A DNA stretch of 32,182 nt from a virus (taxonomy: Duplodnaviria > Caudoviricetes): positions 1 to 32,182 of IMG/VR virus record IMGVR_UViG_3300044788_000103. The stretch is one strand, 5' to 3'. Position 1 is the stretch's first letter; each line of letters starts with the position of its first letter. The notes beneath the pieces are model-generated. The model saw only the letters and a program-made list of their open reading frames with translations, was not told the origin of the DNA and did no database searches. A program made the position numbers and the translations under genes. Positions 7,449 to 17,001 of the stretch are shown one piece after another.

Positions 7449-9455
7449 ATGGTCCAGATCCTCCCGAAGGACGATCCCTTCACCGAGAACTCCACGCACT
7501 ACGGGCAGTTCCTGCCTGGGTGGTATGCACGCCTGGTCCCCTGGGCGAGCACCTACACTCTCGGCAGCTACTCCATTACGTGCGGGATCGGCAACCTCTT
7601 CAGTGGATACTTCGGCGCGGGTCAGAGCGTGCCGCTCGATACCCCCATCCCCTCGCGCGTCGCGACCTTCGCAAAGACCCTGGGGACCTACGGGACCCAG
7701 GAGATGTGCTGGGCCGTGGCGCGCGGCTACTACGCTGCCGACTGCACGGCGCGCGGGTGCTTCTCGCTCTTTACGCTGGCCGGCACGCCGGGCGTGGCGA
7801 GCTTCAAGGGCGCGGGCGTGGGCGTGCGCATCAGCGGCGGCTCCTACACGGACACGGCGCTGGCCGAGCGGATCTCGAACTGCAGCGGGTACTTCTTCCT
7901 GCTGGTGAACGACAACACCGGCGTCGCGGAGTTCCTGCTCCTGCGCGTGACCGCTGGGACACCCACGGTCCTCGCGTCTGTGCCAGCCGACGTCGCAATG
8001 CCGGGCTGGCGCATGCCGGACTCGGTGCAGCTCCAGCGCATCCTCGCGCTCTCGGTGACCACGAACGGATCCGGGAACCCGGTGCTCACCGCGCAGGTCG
8101 CCAATGTGGACCCGTTCGTGTCCGGTGACGATCCGGACGCGCTGATCCTGCCCTTCGCGCCCTACGAGGACTCGAGCGGCTCGAAGATCACGGCCGCGGG
8201 GCGCGCGGCGTTCGGTTCCTACAGTGATCTCGATCTCGGCGGGGGCCTGCGCGTGGCGACCGCGATGTCCTTCTTCGAGATCGTCGACGGCGCCAGCGGG
8301 GACACCGTCCACCGCGACGAGTGGGAGCGCAGCAACGCAGCGATCGGCCGCAGTGCGACGGACAACAACGCCAAGGTGGGCAACTGGCTCGCATGCGGCT
8401 TCCGCGGGGACATCTGGGGCATGCCCGTCGGCGGCACCGCGCGCGAGCTCGCCCGCGACGCTGGCAACAACCGCGTTTCGTCCACGGCCGCCACGATGGA
8501 CCGTCTGAGCACGCGGCCGGCGAGCAGCATCTACGAGTCCTACCGCAGCATGCTCTTCAACGTCGCGTACGTGAGCGGCACGGTCGAGCTGGCGCTCGCG
8601 GCGCGCGGATCGTTCCTGCCAACCGGCAGTGGCGCCTTCGTGTCTGGCTGGAAGTTCGCGGTCACATACAACGGCACGGTCTGGAGCGCCAAGCTGACCT
8701 ACTACAACGCGGCCGGCACGGCGGTCCCGTGGTGCACGCTGGCGATCGGGACGCCGGCCACCTACTCGCTCAACATCGCCGCGGGCAACACGCTCGAGTT
8801 CCAGGTCAAGAACATCGGGCCCATGGCGCCGTCGAACGGATCGACGCAGCTCCTCGCGAAGATCAATGGCGTCACGGTCACCGGCTGGGTTGTGCAGGTG
8901 GCCGTGCTGTCGAGCACGCAGGTCCAGGCGAGTGGCGAGGTGATCACGAACTCCAGCGCCGTCGCGCGGAGCGGCCATGTCGAGGGCTTCGCCACCGTGA
9001 TCCCTGCGGGCACCGTGCGCGCAGACACATGGACGGACCTGTACGTCGCCTCGGCCACGGACATCCCCGAGGAGGACCAGGCCTCGATCGCGATGACGAG
9101 CGAGTGCACGGGCAAGACTGGCACGCTCTCCTGTCCCCACGAGTGGCCCGTGGCGATCCGGCGCACGGCCTACTCGGTAGTGCACCCCTACGACTCGGGG
9201 CACCGGAACCGTATCTCGCGCGCGCTGCGCCAGCGCAGGCGCTGGTCGATTCAGTCGCGGGCATGCACACCCGACGAGCGAAGCGTGCTGCTCGCGTTCT
9301 TCGACAGCCACAAGGGCGCGCAGATCCCGTTCACCTGGGTCACGCCCGACGGCGAGTCTGTGAGCGCGCGCTTCCGCGACGACACGCTGCGCTACTCGCT
9401 GCTGGCACCGCAGGCGGAGAGCTTCGACATCGAGATCGAGGAGGTCTTCTGCTGA
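7449..9455 (+). CDS. Enlarged distal tail protein: long beta-rich N-terminal region plus C-terminal gpM/Dit-like domain
   Basis: 668 aa; C-terminal ~110 aa RRWSIQSR...LLAFFDSHKGAQIPFTWVTPDGESVSARF...IEIEEVF is gpM-like; first tail gene after the tape measure. Confidence 0.75.
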   Translation: MVQILPKDDPFTENSTHYGQFLPGWYARLVPWASTYTLGSYSITCGIGNLFSGYFGAGQSVPLDTPIPSRVATFAKTLGTYGTQEMCWAVARGYYAADCTARGCFSLFTLAGTPGVASFKGAGVGVRISGGSYTDTALAERISNCSGYFFLLVNDNTGVAEFLLLRVTAGTPTVLASVPADVAMPGWRMPDSVQLQRILALSVTTNGSGNPVLTAQVANVDPFVSGDDPDALILPFAPYEDSSGSKITAAGRAAFGSYSDLDLGGGLRVATAMSFFEIVDGASGDTVHRDEWERSNAAIGRSATDNNAKVGNWLACGFRGDIWGMPVGGTARELARDAGNNRVSSTAATMDRLSTRPASSIYESYRSMLFNVAYVSGTVELALAARGSFLPTGSGAFVSGWKFAVTYNGTVWSAKLTYYNAAGTAVPWCTLAIGTPATYSLNIAAGNTLEFQVKNIGPMAPSNGSTQLLAKINGVTVTGWVVQVAVLSSTQVQASGEVITNSSAVARSGHVEGFATVIPAGTVRADTWTDLYVASATDIPEEDQASIAMTSECTGKTGTLSCPHEWPVAIRRTAYSVVHPYDSGHRNRISRALRQRRRWSIQSRACTPDERSVLLAFFDSHKGAQIPFTWVTPDGESVSARFRDDTLRYSLLAPQAESFDIEIEEVFC

Positions 9456-9480
9456 CGGTAGCCCGAGGGGGAAGCCCTGC

Positions 9481-9538
9481 GGGAGATCTCCTGGCCGGCG
9501 CCGTGCGTTGGGAAGCGGGCGGCGCCGGTCTCTCTCCC
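9481..9538 (+). terminator. GC-rich hairpin, possible terminator or mRNA-stabilising stem
   Basis: GCCGGCGCCG ... CGGCGCCGGT stem flanked by GGGAGA ... TCTCCC; no strong U tract. Confidence 0.4.
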
Positions 9539-9552
9539 CACGTAGTACGGGA
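9538..9552. promoter_or_regulatory. Palindromic CGTA-G-TACG box, copy 2
   Basis: CCACGTAGTACGGGA, intergenic, centre 47 nt upstream of the 9592 GTG. Confidence 0.55.
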
Positions 9553-9591
9553 GGCCAGAAACAGGTCCTGAGCCGCTAGGACAGCGGTTCC

Positions 9592-10287
9592 GTGAAGGAC
9601 TTCTCGGCCACCATCCTCGCCGCGGCCAAAGCGCAGCTCGAGGCGAGCCAGCCGTTGATCTGGCTGGTGAGCGTGGAGGTCCCCACGAGCCCTCCGACGC
9701 GCTACCGACTCACGAGCTACCCGGAGGCGGTCGCGCGCGGGCAGTCGAGCACCGGCGCGCCGCTGACCTACGCGCCGTTCCCGCTGGCCTTCGGGGACTT
9801 CCGCCAGAGCAGCAAGGGTGACCTGAGCCCGCTGACGATCAACGTCGCGAACGTCACCGCCGAGATGATGGTCGTGCTGAACGAGCACGCCGGCCTGGTG
9901 GGGCAGGAGGCCGTGATCCGCATGGTGCACGTGCAGGCGCTGGCAGACCCCAACGCCGAGGTGTCCTGGCGCGGCCGCATCTCCGGCTGCGCGGTCGACG
10001 ACACGATCGCCAGTTTCACCCTGGGAGCGGTCAACCTGCAGAAGCTGCCGTTCCCGGCCAACCGCTACGTCGCGAACCACTGCCAGGTGCGCTACGGGGG
10101 GGTCGAGTGCGGCTACATCATCCCGGCCAGTCCGGGCGACACGGTCGGCACCGGCTTCTCCTTCTGCTCGCGCACGCTGAGCGCCTGCGATGAGCGCGGG
10201 CTCGACGAACTCGCGCGCGGCCTCGTCCAGCTCCACCCGCTGCGCTTCGGCGCGCAGCCTGGAATCGCGCAGGGGACGGCGAACTGA
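9592..10287 (+). CDS. Lambda gpL-like tail tip/hub protein
   Basis: 231 aa; YAPFP...LTINVANV N-terminal region and four C-terminal Cys (CQVRYGGVECGY...CSRTLSAC) as in the Fe-S-binding gpL C-terminus. Confidence 0.85.
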   Translation: MKDFSATILAAAKAQLEASQPLIWLVSVEVPTSPPTRYRLTSYPEAVARGQSSTGAPLTYAPFPLAFGDFRQSSKGDLSPLTINVANVTAEMMVVLNEHAGLVGQEAVIRMVHVQALADPNAEVSWRGRISGCAVDDTIASFTLGAVNLQKLPFPANRYVANHCQVRYGGVECGYIIPASPGDTVGTGFSFCSRTLSACDERGLDELARGLVQLHPLRFGAQPGIAQGTAN

Positions 10288-10288
10288 G

Positions 10289-10678
10289 ATGGGCGTATCC
10301 ACCGAGGTCGATCTGCGCGGGATCCTGGGGCTCCCATACCGCGCTGGCGGTGTCGATCCCTGGGACGGCGTCGACTGCCTGTGGGCGGCGCGCGCGGCTC
10401 TGGGGCGCATCTTCCCGGACCTGCGCGCCGAGGAGCTGCCGCTCGAGAAGGACGCGGCGCTGGCTCTCATGCGTGGGCACGGTTCGAGCTGGAAGCACTT
10501 GCGCTGGCCGAGCGAGGTCGGAGACGTGGTCTACGGCGTGCACCCGGAGCCCTGGGTGGCGACGCTGGTGAACCGGCAGGACCTGATCGTGTTCACCGCG
10601 CTGCCGCGGCGCGGGACGTGCGCCGTGCCGCTGAGGAAGCTGGGCAAGTACACCGACGTGTTGCGGAGGGGCCCGTGA
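10289..10678 (+). CDS. NlpC/P60-family tail assembly protein (gpK-like)
   Basis: ILGLPYRAGGVDPWDGVDC motif and GDVV; between gpL-like and gpI/J-like genes. Confidence 0.8.
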   Translation: MGVSTEVDLRGILGLPYRAGGVDPWDGVDCLWAARAALGRIFPDLRAEELPLEKDAALALMRGHGSSWKHLRWPSEVGDVVYGVHPEPWVATLVNRQDLIVFTALPRRGTCAVPLRKLGKYTDVLRRGP

Positions 10679-13600
10679 CGCATCCGCCCGTCCTGGTGCG
10701 CCGGCGTCCGGTCTGGGTCTCCGCGATCGGGATGAGCTCGAGCAACGTCGCCTTCCGCGATGGCCTGCGTCTGCGCGACGCTGTGCACGCGGATCTCGAC
10801 GGGCTCTGGTGCGCGGTCAACGGCCAGCACGAGCCGGACCTCGAGCGCCTGCTGCAGCCCGGCGACGTCGTCGACGAGAGCATCCGTCCGAGCGCTCCGG
10901 CCCTCGCCTCGCTCCCGCTCATCACGCAGATCTTCATCACCATCGGCGCGTCGATCCTCTACCAGCTCATCGGGAAGGTACTGGGTCCGAAGGAGCGAAA
11001 GGACGACCGGAGCACGCAGTACGGCTGGAGTGGGCTGCACAACAACCGCATCGAGGGCCAGCCGAAGGCGCCGATCTACGGCCGGCTGCGCGTCGCGCCG
11101 CAGGTGCTCGACGAGTTCGTCGTGACTCGCAATGCCCAGGGCGAGAGCGATCTGTACGCGCTGCTCGGCTTCGGCGAGGGCCCCATCCGCGCGATCGGGG
11201 ACAAGCTCATCGACAACGACCCTGGCGCGCCGTTCCAGTCCGACAGCCCGACGAACGCGCTGCCCACCGGGATCCAGGTCAACGGCAACAACCTCGCGAA
11301 CCTCGACGGGATCGAGGCGCACGTCCGCCTGGGATCGAACGAGCAGGAGGCCATTCCCGGCTTCGAGCTGGTGGCCACCGACTATTCGGTCGGCACCACG
11401 CTGACCGAACTCGAGACGACGGATGACACCAACGCGACGCTGAACCCCGGTCTGGACCTAGTGGCCGTCCCCTACAACTCGAACTCTGCGGGCGCGCAAT
11501 CTGTCTGGGACACGTACGGCGCGACCTTCGATCTCACGGCCGCCGCGGACCAGTACGGCGTGGTGATCGAGTTCCCGAGCGGGCTCTACGCGATCAGCGC
11601 GGTGGGCGGGGTGACCGACGCCTACTTCCAGTCGCTGGTCCGGTACAAGGAGCTCGACTCCGGCGGCTCGCCCATCAACGCCGGCGGCGACAACGGGGAC
11701 GGCTGGGTGTACGTGCCGCCCGAGGTCACCCTCACCTCGCACACGCAGCAGAGCTTCACGCACGAGTTCGCGGGCGCGTTCTACGGTCCGCAAACGTGGT
11801 CCGCTCCGACGGCTGGCCGCGCGCTCGACTGCACCGGTGCGAACCAGTTCGCGGCGACGAGCGCGACACCGAACCTCCCTGCCTCGTTCGCCGCTGGCGT
11901 GAACATCACCGCGCTCACGTTCGTCGGCTGGGCGCGCTTCAACAATCTGCCCGAGGGAAACACCGTCGCGTTCCGCCCGCTGATCGAGCAGTCGAGCGCG
12001 GGGCCATCACGCGGCTACGGGTACGGGCTGAAGCGCACCTTCTTCGACATCGGCGGTGGCGGGCCGATCTGGGCGTGGACACCCACGCTGCACATCAACT
12101 CGAACCTGGTAGAGATCCACGGATCGCTGGGCTTCGCGCTCGACAACTACGCCAGCACGACGCCCTGGTTCCACATGGCGTTCACCTACACGCTGGACGA
12201 CGGAGCAGGCAACGCGCGCTACCGGATCTACGTCAACGGGGTGCTGGTGCGCACGATGCTCACCAACGTGGCGTCGCTGAAGCTGATCGGCACGGGCGGC
12301 GCGATCGAGCTGATGCGCTCGGCGCGCCTGTTCAACCTGGCCAACACCTACTGCCCTGGCCTCGCCGACGAGTTCGTGGTCGACAACCGCGAGTGGACTC
12401 CGACCGAGATCGGTCAGGACTACGCCTTCGGAGCGGGCAGGCAGAACGCGAGCAGTGCAACCCTGGTGGCCGGCTGGCACTTCGAAGACACCAGCCCTGC
12501 CGACGACTTCAGTCCGCGCGGGAACAGCGCGACGGTGACGGGCGGCACGAGCGGTGTGCAGCCCGGACACGTCTACCTCGCTGGCTTCGGCGCCACGCTG
12601 AAGCGCGCGCGCTACCGGGTCGAGGTCGTGCGCCTCAACCTCAAGTCGACCTCGCAGCGCATCCAGGACGACTCGGTCTGGCGGCTCCTCTACGGGAAGC
12701 TGGACGACAAGCTCTCCTATCCGAATACGCCGCTGCTGGCGGTCAAGATCAAGGCCACAGAGCAGCTCAACAGCACCGCACCCGACTACACCGTGCTGGT
12801 CGATGGGCGCCTGGTACCGGTGTGGGACGGCAGCGCGATCGTCAACCGGTGGAGCCAGTGCCCGGCGTGGATCGCGCTCGACGTGATCACCAACACGCGC
12901 TATGGGGCCGGGCGCGACTTCACCTTCGACGACGTCGACCTGACCGCGTTCAAGGAGTGGGCCGACTACTGCGATGAGCTGATCTTCGACGGGCGCCAGT
13001 ACAACCGGCAGTCGATCGACGAGGGCGGCACGACTTCCAGCGTCTATGACCTGCGGTACGACAGCACGCTGCTCAGCGGCGCCGGCGGCATCGAGGTCTA
13101 CTTCCGCGTCAGTCCGGCGGTCGCGGTGCCGCCGAGCTACTGGACCGTGGGCCGGTTCATCGGTTTCACCGGGATCCCCGCGCCCGCGGGTGCCTACGCG
13201 GTCGACCTCAACACGTCGAACATCACCGGCTTCGAGATCGCCGCAGTGGCCTTCACTGGAGGCGGCTGGGTGATCACGCTGCGGTACGACAAGGCAACCT
13301 ACGGCGACCCCTGGACCGACGGGCAGTACCTGACGACGTCGCTGGCAGCCACGCTGACGGGCACGATCGAGGGGCGCGAGCCGCGCTTCCAGTGCAACTT
13401 CAACCCGGACACGTTCTCGAACGTCTGGGACACGCTGATCAAGATCTGCCAGAGCGCTCGCGCGATGCCGCAGCTCGTGGGCGGGCGGATCACGGTGCGG
13501 TGCGAGCGCCCGCGCGCGACGGTGGCGCTGGTGGGCCACGCCAGCATCAAGCCCGGTTCCTTCAAGATCGAGTACAGCGACAAGCTCGACCAGCCCAACA

Positions 13601-15669
13601 GCTACTCGTGCGACTTCCTGGACGAGGACCTCAACTACGCGCGCTCGACGGCCACGCTGGACGACCCCGCGCTCGACTCCACGTCTTCGACCGACGACCT
13701 GCGCCGGGAGAGCCTTGAACTGGAGGGCGTGACCCGCCGCAGCCAGGTGATGCGGCATCTGCAGTACATGCTGGCCGTGAACAGGCTGCTCACGCAGACG
13801 ATCGAGTTCCGCTCCGGGTTCGAGCAGCTCGCCCTGGAAGCGGGCGACGTCTTCGGGATCGCGCACGACATCGTCCCCTGGGGGAAGAGCGGCCGCGTCG
13901 CCGCGGGCTCCAGCACGACATCAGTCTTCCTGGACCGGGACATCACGCTTGAGCCCGGATCCGGCGGCAGCAGTGTGGTCGGGTTCCACGGCTTCCCGGA
14001 CGGGACAGGGCTCGGGTTCGGAAGCGGGGGCACGTCCGGAACGGGGACCTACTATCTGCGGGTGCGCGCGAACTCGTCGGGTCAGACAGGTTCCGGCAGC
14101 TCGGTCTCCGACCACATCGAGACGGTGCTGGTCACCTCGGGGGCAGGCACCTACCTCGCCGGCACGCCGATCACCGTCTCCGCGCTGACCATCGCGCCGG
14201 CGAAGGACGATCTCTACGTGCTGTTCAAGGACGGCGAGGAGTTCCTAGTCCAGGCAATCGAGATCACCTCGAACGAGACCATGGAGCACGTGGTGCGCGC
14301 AGTGCGCTACGACGAAGCGGTCTACAACGTCGACGCGCTGCCCGGCGACCTGCCGCAGAGCATGGTGCTCATGAGCTCGCCGCCCCTGGGCGCCAGCTCG
14401 ATTCCAGGACAGCCGACGCCGTCCGAGGTGAAGGAGAACCTGCGGCTCACCAGCGACGGTGCCTGGCGCTCGAGCTTCCTGCTGTCATGGGCGAACGAGC
14501 CTTCCACGCAGCGCGTGCTCGCGCGCACGGTGCTCTACGCCCGCCAGAGTGACAGCGGCCCATGGGACCGGATCGGCGTGGCGGAGGGCAACGCGCAGAG
14601 CTTCGAGTGGGAGCCCGAGCAGAGCGTGCCTGGCAATGTCTACGAATTCGCGCTGCAGCCGGAGAGCATTGGTGGCGCGCGGCAGCGCCCCCAAGCGTGC
14701 GCGCGCATGCGCGGTGTCTGCCGTGGGGTCTCGGTGCCCCCTGACCCGCCGAGAGCTTTCACGGCAACCATGGACCTAGCCCGGGCGGTCTACACGATCG
14801 TGCCCCCGGAGAATGCGCGCGGGCTGGTCTTCGAGATCCGCCGCGGCGGCTGGATCCTTGGACAGCCGGTGGCGCTCATCCCGGCCGGGCAAACCACGGT
14901 CGACACAACGAACTGGGCCAGCGGCGCGGTGAACGTGCGCGGCGAGAAGCAGCCGCCGCTGTACGTGCGCAGCCGCGACAGCCGCGGGCAGTACAGCAGC
15001 GCGGTCCTGCTGGACACCTTCGACCCGGCGGCAGCGGACGCGGAGCCGGTCACGTACCCCGACTTCTTCGACACCGAGATCTTCGCCGACCAGTCATGGG
15101 AGGACTACGGCACGGGCTGGGTCGCTGGAGGCTTCTTCCCGCCCATCCTGACTGGCCTGCAGGTCAGCACGATCGATGGCCGCAAGGTGCTCGAGTTCTC
15201 GGGCAGCGACCTCGAGGGCAGCTACGTGACTGCGTGGTCGGCTACCGCGCCCTCGGACCACACGGTTTCGCCGGAGCGCTTCTACGTCGAGGCCTTCGTG
15301 GTGGTAGACCAGGTGCCGCCGCTGCGCGCCGACGAATGGACGCTGGCGCTCGACGATCCGATGGCCGGCCGGCGCACCGTCGAGGGCCCGCTTGTCGTGC
15401 TCGTGGGCGAGCCAGCCAACTGCACGGTGCTGATCGAATGGCGTTGGGCGACAGAGCAGACCGTCTTCGGTCCGTGGGTCGCCTACACGCCTGGAATCCA
15501 GTTCCTGCTGCAGCCGCAGTTCCGGATCACGGCGACGCGCCCCGACCCGAGCTACCAGATTCGCATCACCAGATTTCACACACGCCTCTCGCGCATTCCA
15601 CGCCAGCGTCGCGAGCTCAGTCCGCTGCAGCGCGACGGGCTCACCAGGTTCGCTTGGGGAGGAGCATGA
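10675..15669 (+). CDS. Central tail fibre/host-specificity protein (gpI-gpJ-like fusion) with LamG-like insertion
   Basis: GTG overlaps upstream TGA; ~1664 aa; N-terminal AVNG...LLQPGDVV and PIYGRLRVAP, RLGSNEQEAIPGF, WSQCPAWIALDVITNTRYGAG, YCDELI, EPRFQCN, LEGVTRRSQ, AVRYDEAVY, FN3-like C-terminal region. Confidence 0.9.
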   Translation: MTHPPVLVRRRPVWVSAIGMSSSNVAFRDGLRLRDAVHADLDGLWCAVNGQHEPDLERLLQPGDVVDESIRPSAPALASLPLITQIFITIGASILYQLIGKVLGPKERKDDRSTQYGWSGLHNNRIEGQPKAPIYGRLRVAPQVLDEFVVTRNAQGESDLYALLGFGEGPIRAIGDKLIDNDPGAPFQSDSPTNALPTGIQVNGNNLANLDGIEAHVRLGSNEQEAIPGFELVATDYSVGTTLTELETTDDTNATLNPGLDLVAVPYNSNSAGAQSVWDTYGATFDLTAAADQYGVVIEFPSGLYAISAVGGVTDAYFQSLVRYKELDSGGSPINAGGDNGDGWVYVPPEVTLTSHTQQSFTHEFAGAFYGPQTWSAPTAGRALDCTGANQFAATSATPNLPASFAAGVNITALTFVGWARFNNLPEGNTVAFRPLIEQSSAGPSRGYGYGLKRTFFDIGGGGPIWAWTPTLHINSNLVEIHGSLGFALDNYASTTPWFHMAFTYTLDDGAGNARYRIYVNGVLVRTMLTNVASLKLIGTGGAIELMRSARLFNLANTYCPGLADEFVVDNREWTPTEIGQDYAFGAGRQNASSATLVAGWHFEDTSPADDFSPRGNSATVTGGTSGVQPGHVYLAGFGATLKRARYRVEVVRLNLKSTSQRIQDDSVWRLLYGKLDDKLSYPNTPLLAVKIKATEQLNSTAPDYTVLVDGRLVPVWDGSAIVNRWSQCPAWIALDVITNTRYGAGRDFTFDDVDLTAFKEWADYCDELIFDGRQYNRQSIDEGGTTSSVYDLRYDSTLLSGAGGIEVYFRVSPAVAVPPSYWTVGRFIGFTGIPAPAGAYAVDLNTSNITGFEIAAVAFTGGGWVITLRYDKATYGDPWTDGQYLTTSLAATLTGTIEGREPRFQCNFNPDTFSNVWDTLIKICQSARAMPQLVGGRITVRCERPRATVALVGHASIKPGSFKIEYSDKLDQPNSYSCDFLDEDLNYARSTATLDDPALDSTSSTDDLRRESLELEGVTRRSQVMRHLQYMLAVNRLLTQTIEFRSGFEQLALEAGDVFGIAHDIVPWGKSGRVAAGSSTTSVFLDRDITLEPGSGGSSVVGFHGFPDGTGLGFGSGGTSGTGTYYLRVRANSSGQTGSGSSVSDHIETVLVTSGAGTYLAGTPITVSALTIAPAKDDLYVLFKDGEEFLVQAIEITSNETMEHVVRAVRYDEAVYNVDALPGDLPQSMVLMSSPPLGASSIPGQPTPSEVKENLRLTSDGAWRSSFLLSWANEPSTQRVLARTVLYARQSDSGPWDRIGVAEGNAQSFEWEPEQSVPGNVYEFALQPESIGGARQRPQACARMRGVCRGVSVPPDPPRAFTATMDLARAVYTIVPPENARGLVFEIRRGGWILGQPVALIPAGQTTVDTTNWASGAVNVRGEKQPPLYVRSRDSRGQYSSAVLLDTFDPAAADAEPVTYPDFFDTEIFADQSWEDYGTGWVAGGFFPPILTGLQVSTIDGRKVLEFSGSDLEGSYVTAWSATAPSDHTVSPERFYVEAFVVVDQVPPLRADEWTLALDDPMAGRRTVEGPLVVLVGEPANCTVLIEWRWATEQTVFGPWVAYTPGIQFLLQPQFRITATRPDPSYQIRITRFHTRLSRIPRQRRELSPLQRDGLTRFAWGGA

Positions 15670-15672
15670 TTC

Positions 15673-16011
15673 ATGCCGCAAGGTGATCTTCTATTCCTCA
15701 CCAGCGGCGCGCCGATCGCGGTTGCCGCGACGGCCACTCCCGGCACGTTGCTCTACACATGCATCGCGGGCAGCTCGCAGATCGACGCGGTGCGCATCGT
15801 CGCCTCGAACACCGACGAGAGCCTGACGGTCACGCTGACGATCCAGTTCGCGGGGACGAGCGCCAACAATGCCTTGTGCTGGCAGATCCCGCCGAAGTCG
15901 ACCTTCGAGCTGCCGATCCTTCGTGGCAACGGGGCGGCCGCCATCCGCGCGTTCGCATCGACCGCCAGCGCCATCAACTGCTACATCGATGCAAACCGGT
16001 ACACGCTGTGA
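15673..16011 (+). CDS. Small beta-rich virion protein (putative)
   Basis: 112 aa, PIAVAATATPGTLLYTC...IRAFASTASAINCY; tightly packed in the tail operon. Confidence 0.65.
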   Translation: MPQGDLLFLTSGAPIAVAATATPGTLLYTCIAGSSQIDAVRIVASNTDESLTVTLTIQFAGTSANNALCWQIPPKSTFELPILRGNGAAAIRAFASTASAINCYIDANRYTL

Positions 16012-16286
16012 GCACAGGGAAGCCGATCGCTCCGCAGGATCTGCCGCGCGCAGCGGCGGGCTCGGTCGGCGGCGTGGAGCTCTCGGGCGACGCGGGCGAC
16101 GTGCTGCGCGGAGATGGCACATGGGGGCCTGGATCCGGGAGCGGAGGCGCGCTCGGGTTCGTCGGGTTCCCGGACTGGACAGGGATCGGGTTCGCATGTG
16201 CGAGCACGTCCACATTCATCGAGGCAAGAACCAGCGATCCGAGCAGCCCGGTCGTCGGTCAGATCTGGCTAAGGACTGACCTCTAG
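16008..16286 (+). CDS. Small tail-fibre-associated protein
   Basis: GTGA overlap with upstream stop; VLRGDGTW and IEARTSDPSSPVVGQIWLRTDL are motifs typical of phage fibre proteins. Confidence 0.65.
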   Translation: MSTGKPIAPQDLPRAAAGSVGGVELSGDAGDVLRGDGTWGPGSGSGGALGFVGFPDWTGIGFACASTSTFIEARTSDPSSPVVGQIWLRTDL

Positions 16287-16287
16287 C

Positions 16288-17001
16288 GTGGCCATCACCT
16301 ACAAATCGCAGGGTTCTGGTGCATCAACCGAGACGAGCGGGGCCGCGCTCTCGCCTCTCTTCCCCGCCACGGTCGCCGCCGGTGACGTCGTCATTGCGCA
16401 CGTCTTCTGGGAGAGCGACGCCACGGCGCCGAGCACGCCCAGTGGGTGGACCCTGCTCAGCGGCCCGCACCTGATCGAGACGACGATCGCGCGGCACTGG
16501 GTCTTCGGTCGGATCGCCGACGGATCCGAGAGCGGCGCGACCGTCGCATTCGGCGCGCCGTCGGTCACGACCCAGCGCGCCGCGCGCCTCTACTCCTTCA
16601 CGGGCCGCGTGTCGGGCACGATCGTCGAACTCGTCAACGGGTTCGCGCACCTCTCGCACGCTACCGACCCGCAGATGCCGACCGTGACCACGACGATTGC
16701 GGGCGCCCTGGCGGTCGCGCTGGTCGCGCAGAACGACAACAACGCGACCGGGGATGCGACCGGAGAGACCGGCGGGAACTGGGTCGAGGCTGTCGCCGAG
16801 TACACGGTCGCGCTGACGCCGGGGTTGACGCTGCAGATCCAGACGGCGACGCCGACCGGCGACCCGGGGACGATCACTGGCGGTTCGGTCGCGACGACCA
16901 ACGATCCCTGCGGCGTGATCGGCTTCCAGATCATGACGCAGGTGGTGACTCAGTCGCAGGCACCTCGCTCTATGCACCAGTTCCGACAGAGGAGTTGTTA
17001 G
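16288..17001 (+). CDS. Putative virion receptor-binding/decoration protein
   Basis: 237 aa Thr/Ala/Gly-rich beta protein (PATVAAGDVVIAHV...TPSGWTLL); starts 1 nt after upstream stop. Confidence 0.65.
   Translation: MAITYKSQGSGASTETSGAALSPLFPATVAAGDVVIAHVFWESDATAPSTPSGWTLLSGPHLIETTIARHWVFGRIADGSESGATVAFGAPSVTTQRAARLYSFTGRVSGTIVELVNGFAHLSHATDPQMPTVTTTIAGALAVALVAQNDNNATGDATGETGGNWVEAVAEYTVALTPGLTLQIQTATPTGDPGTITGGSVATTNDPCGVIGFQIMTQVVTQSQAPRSMHQFRQRSC

Noticed and set aside
13954-16211. Diversity-generating retroelement TR/VR pair suggested by the 84-bp duplication
   Set aside because: Mismatches are not confined to adenines in either copy, both copies are coding, and no reverse transcriptase is present in the window.
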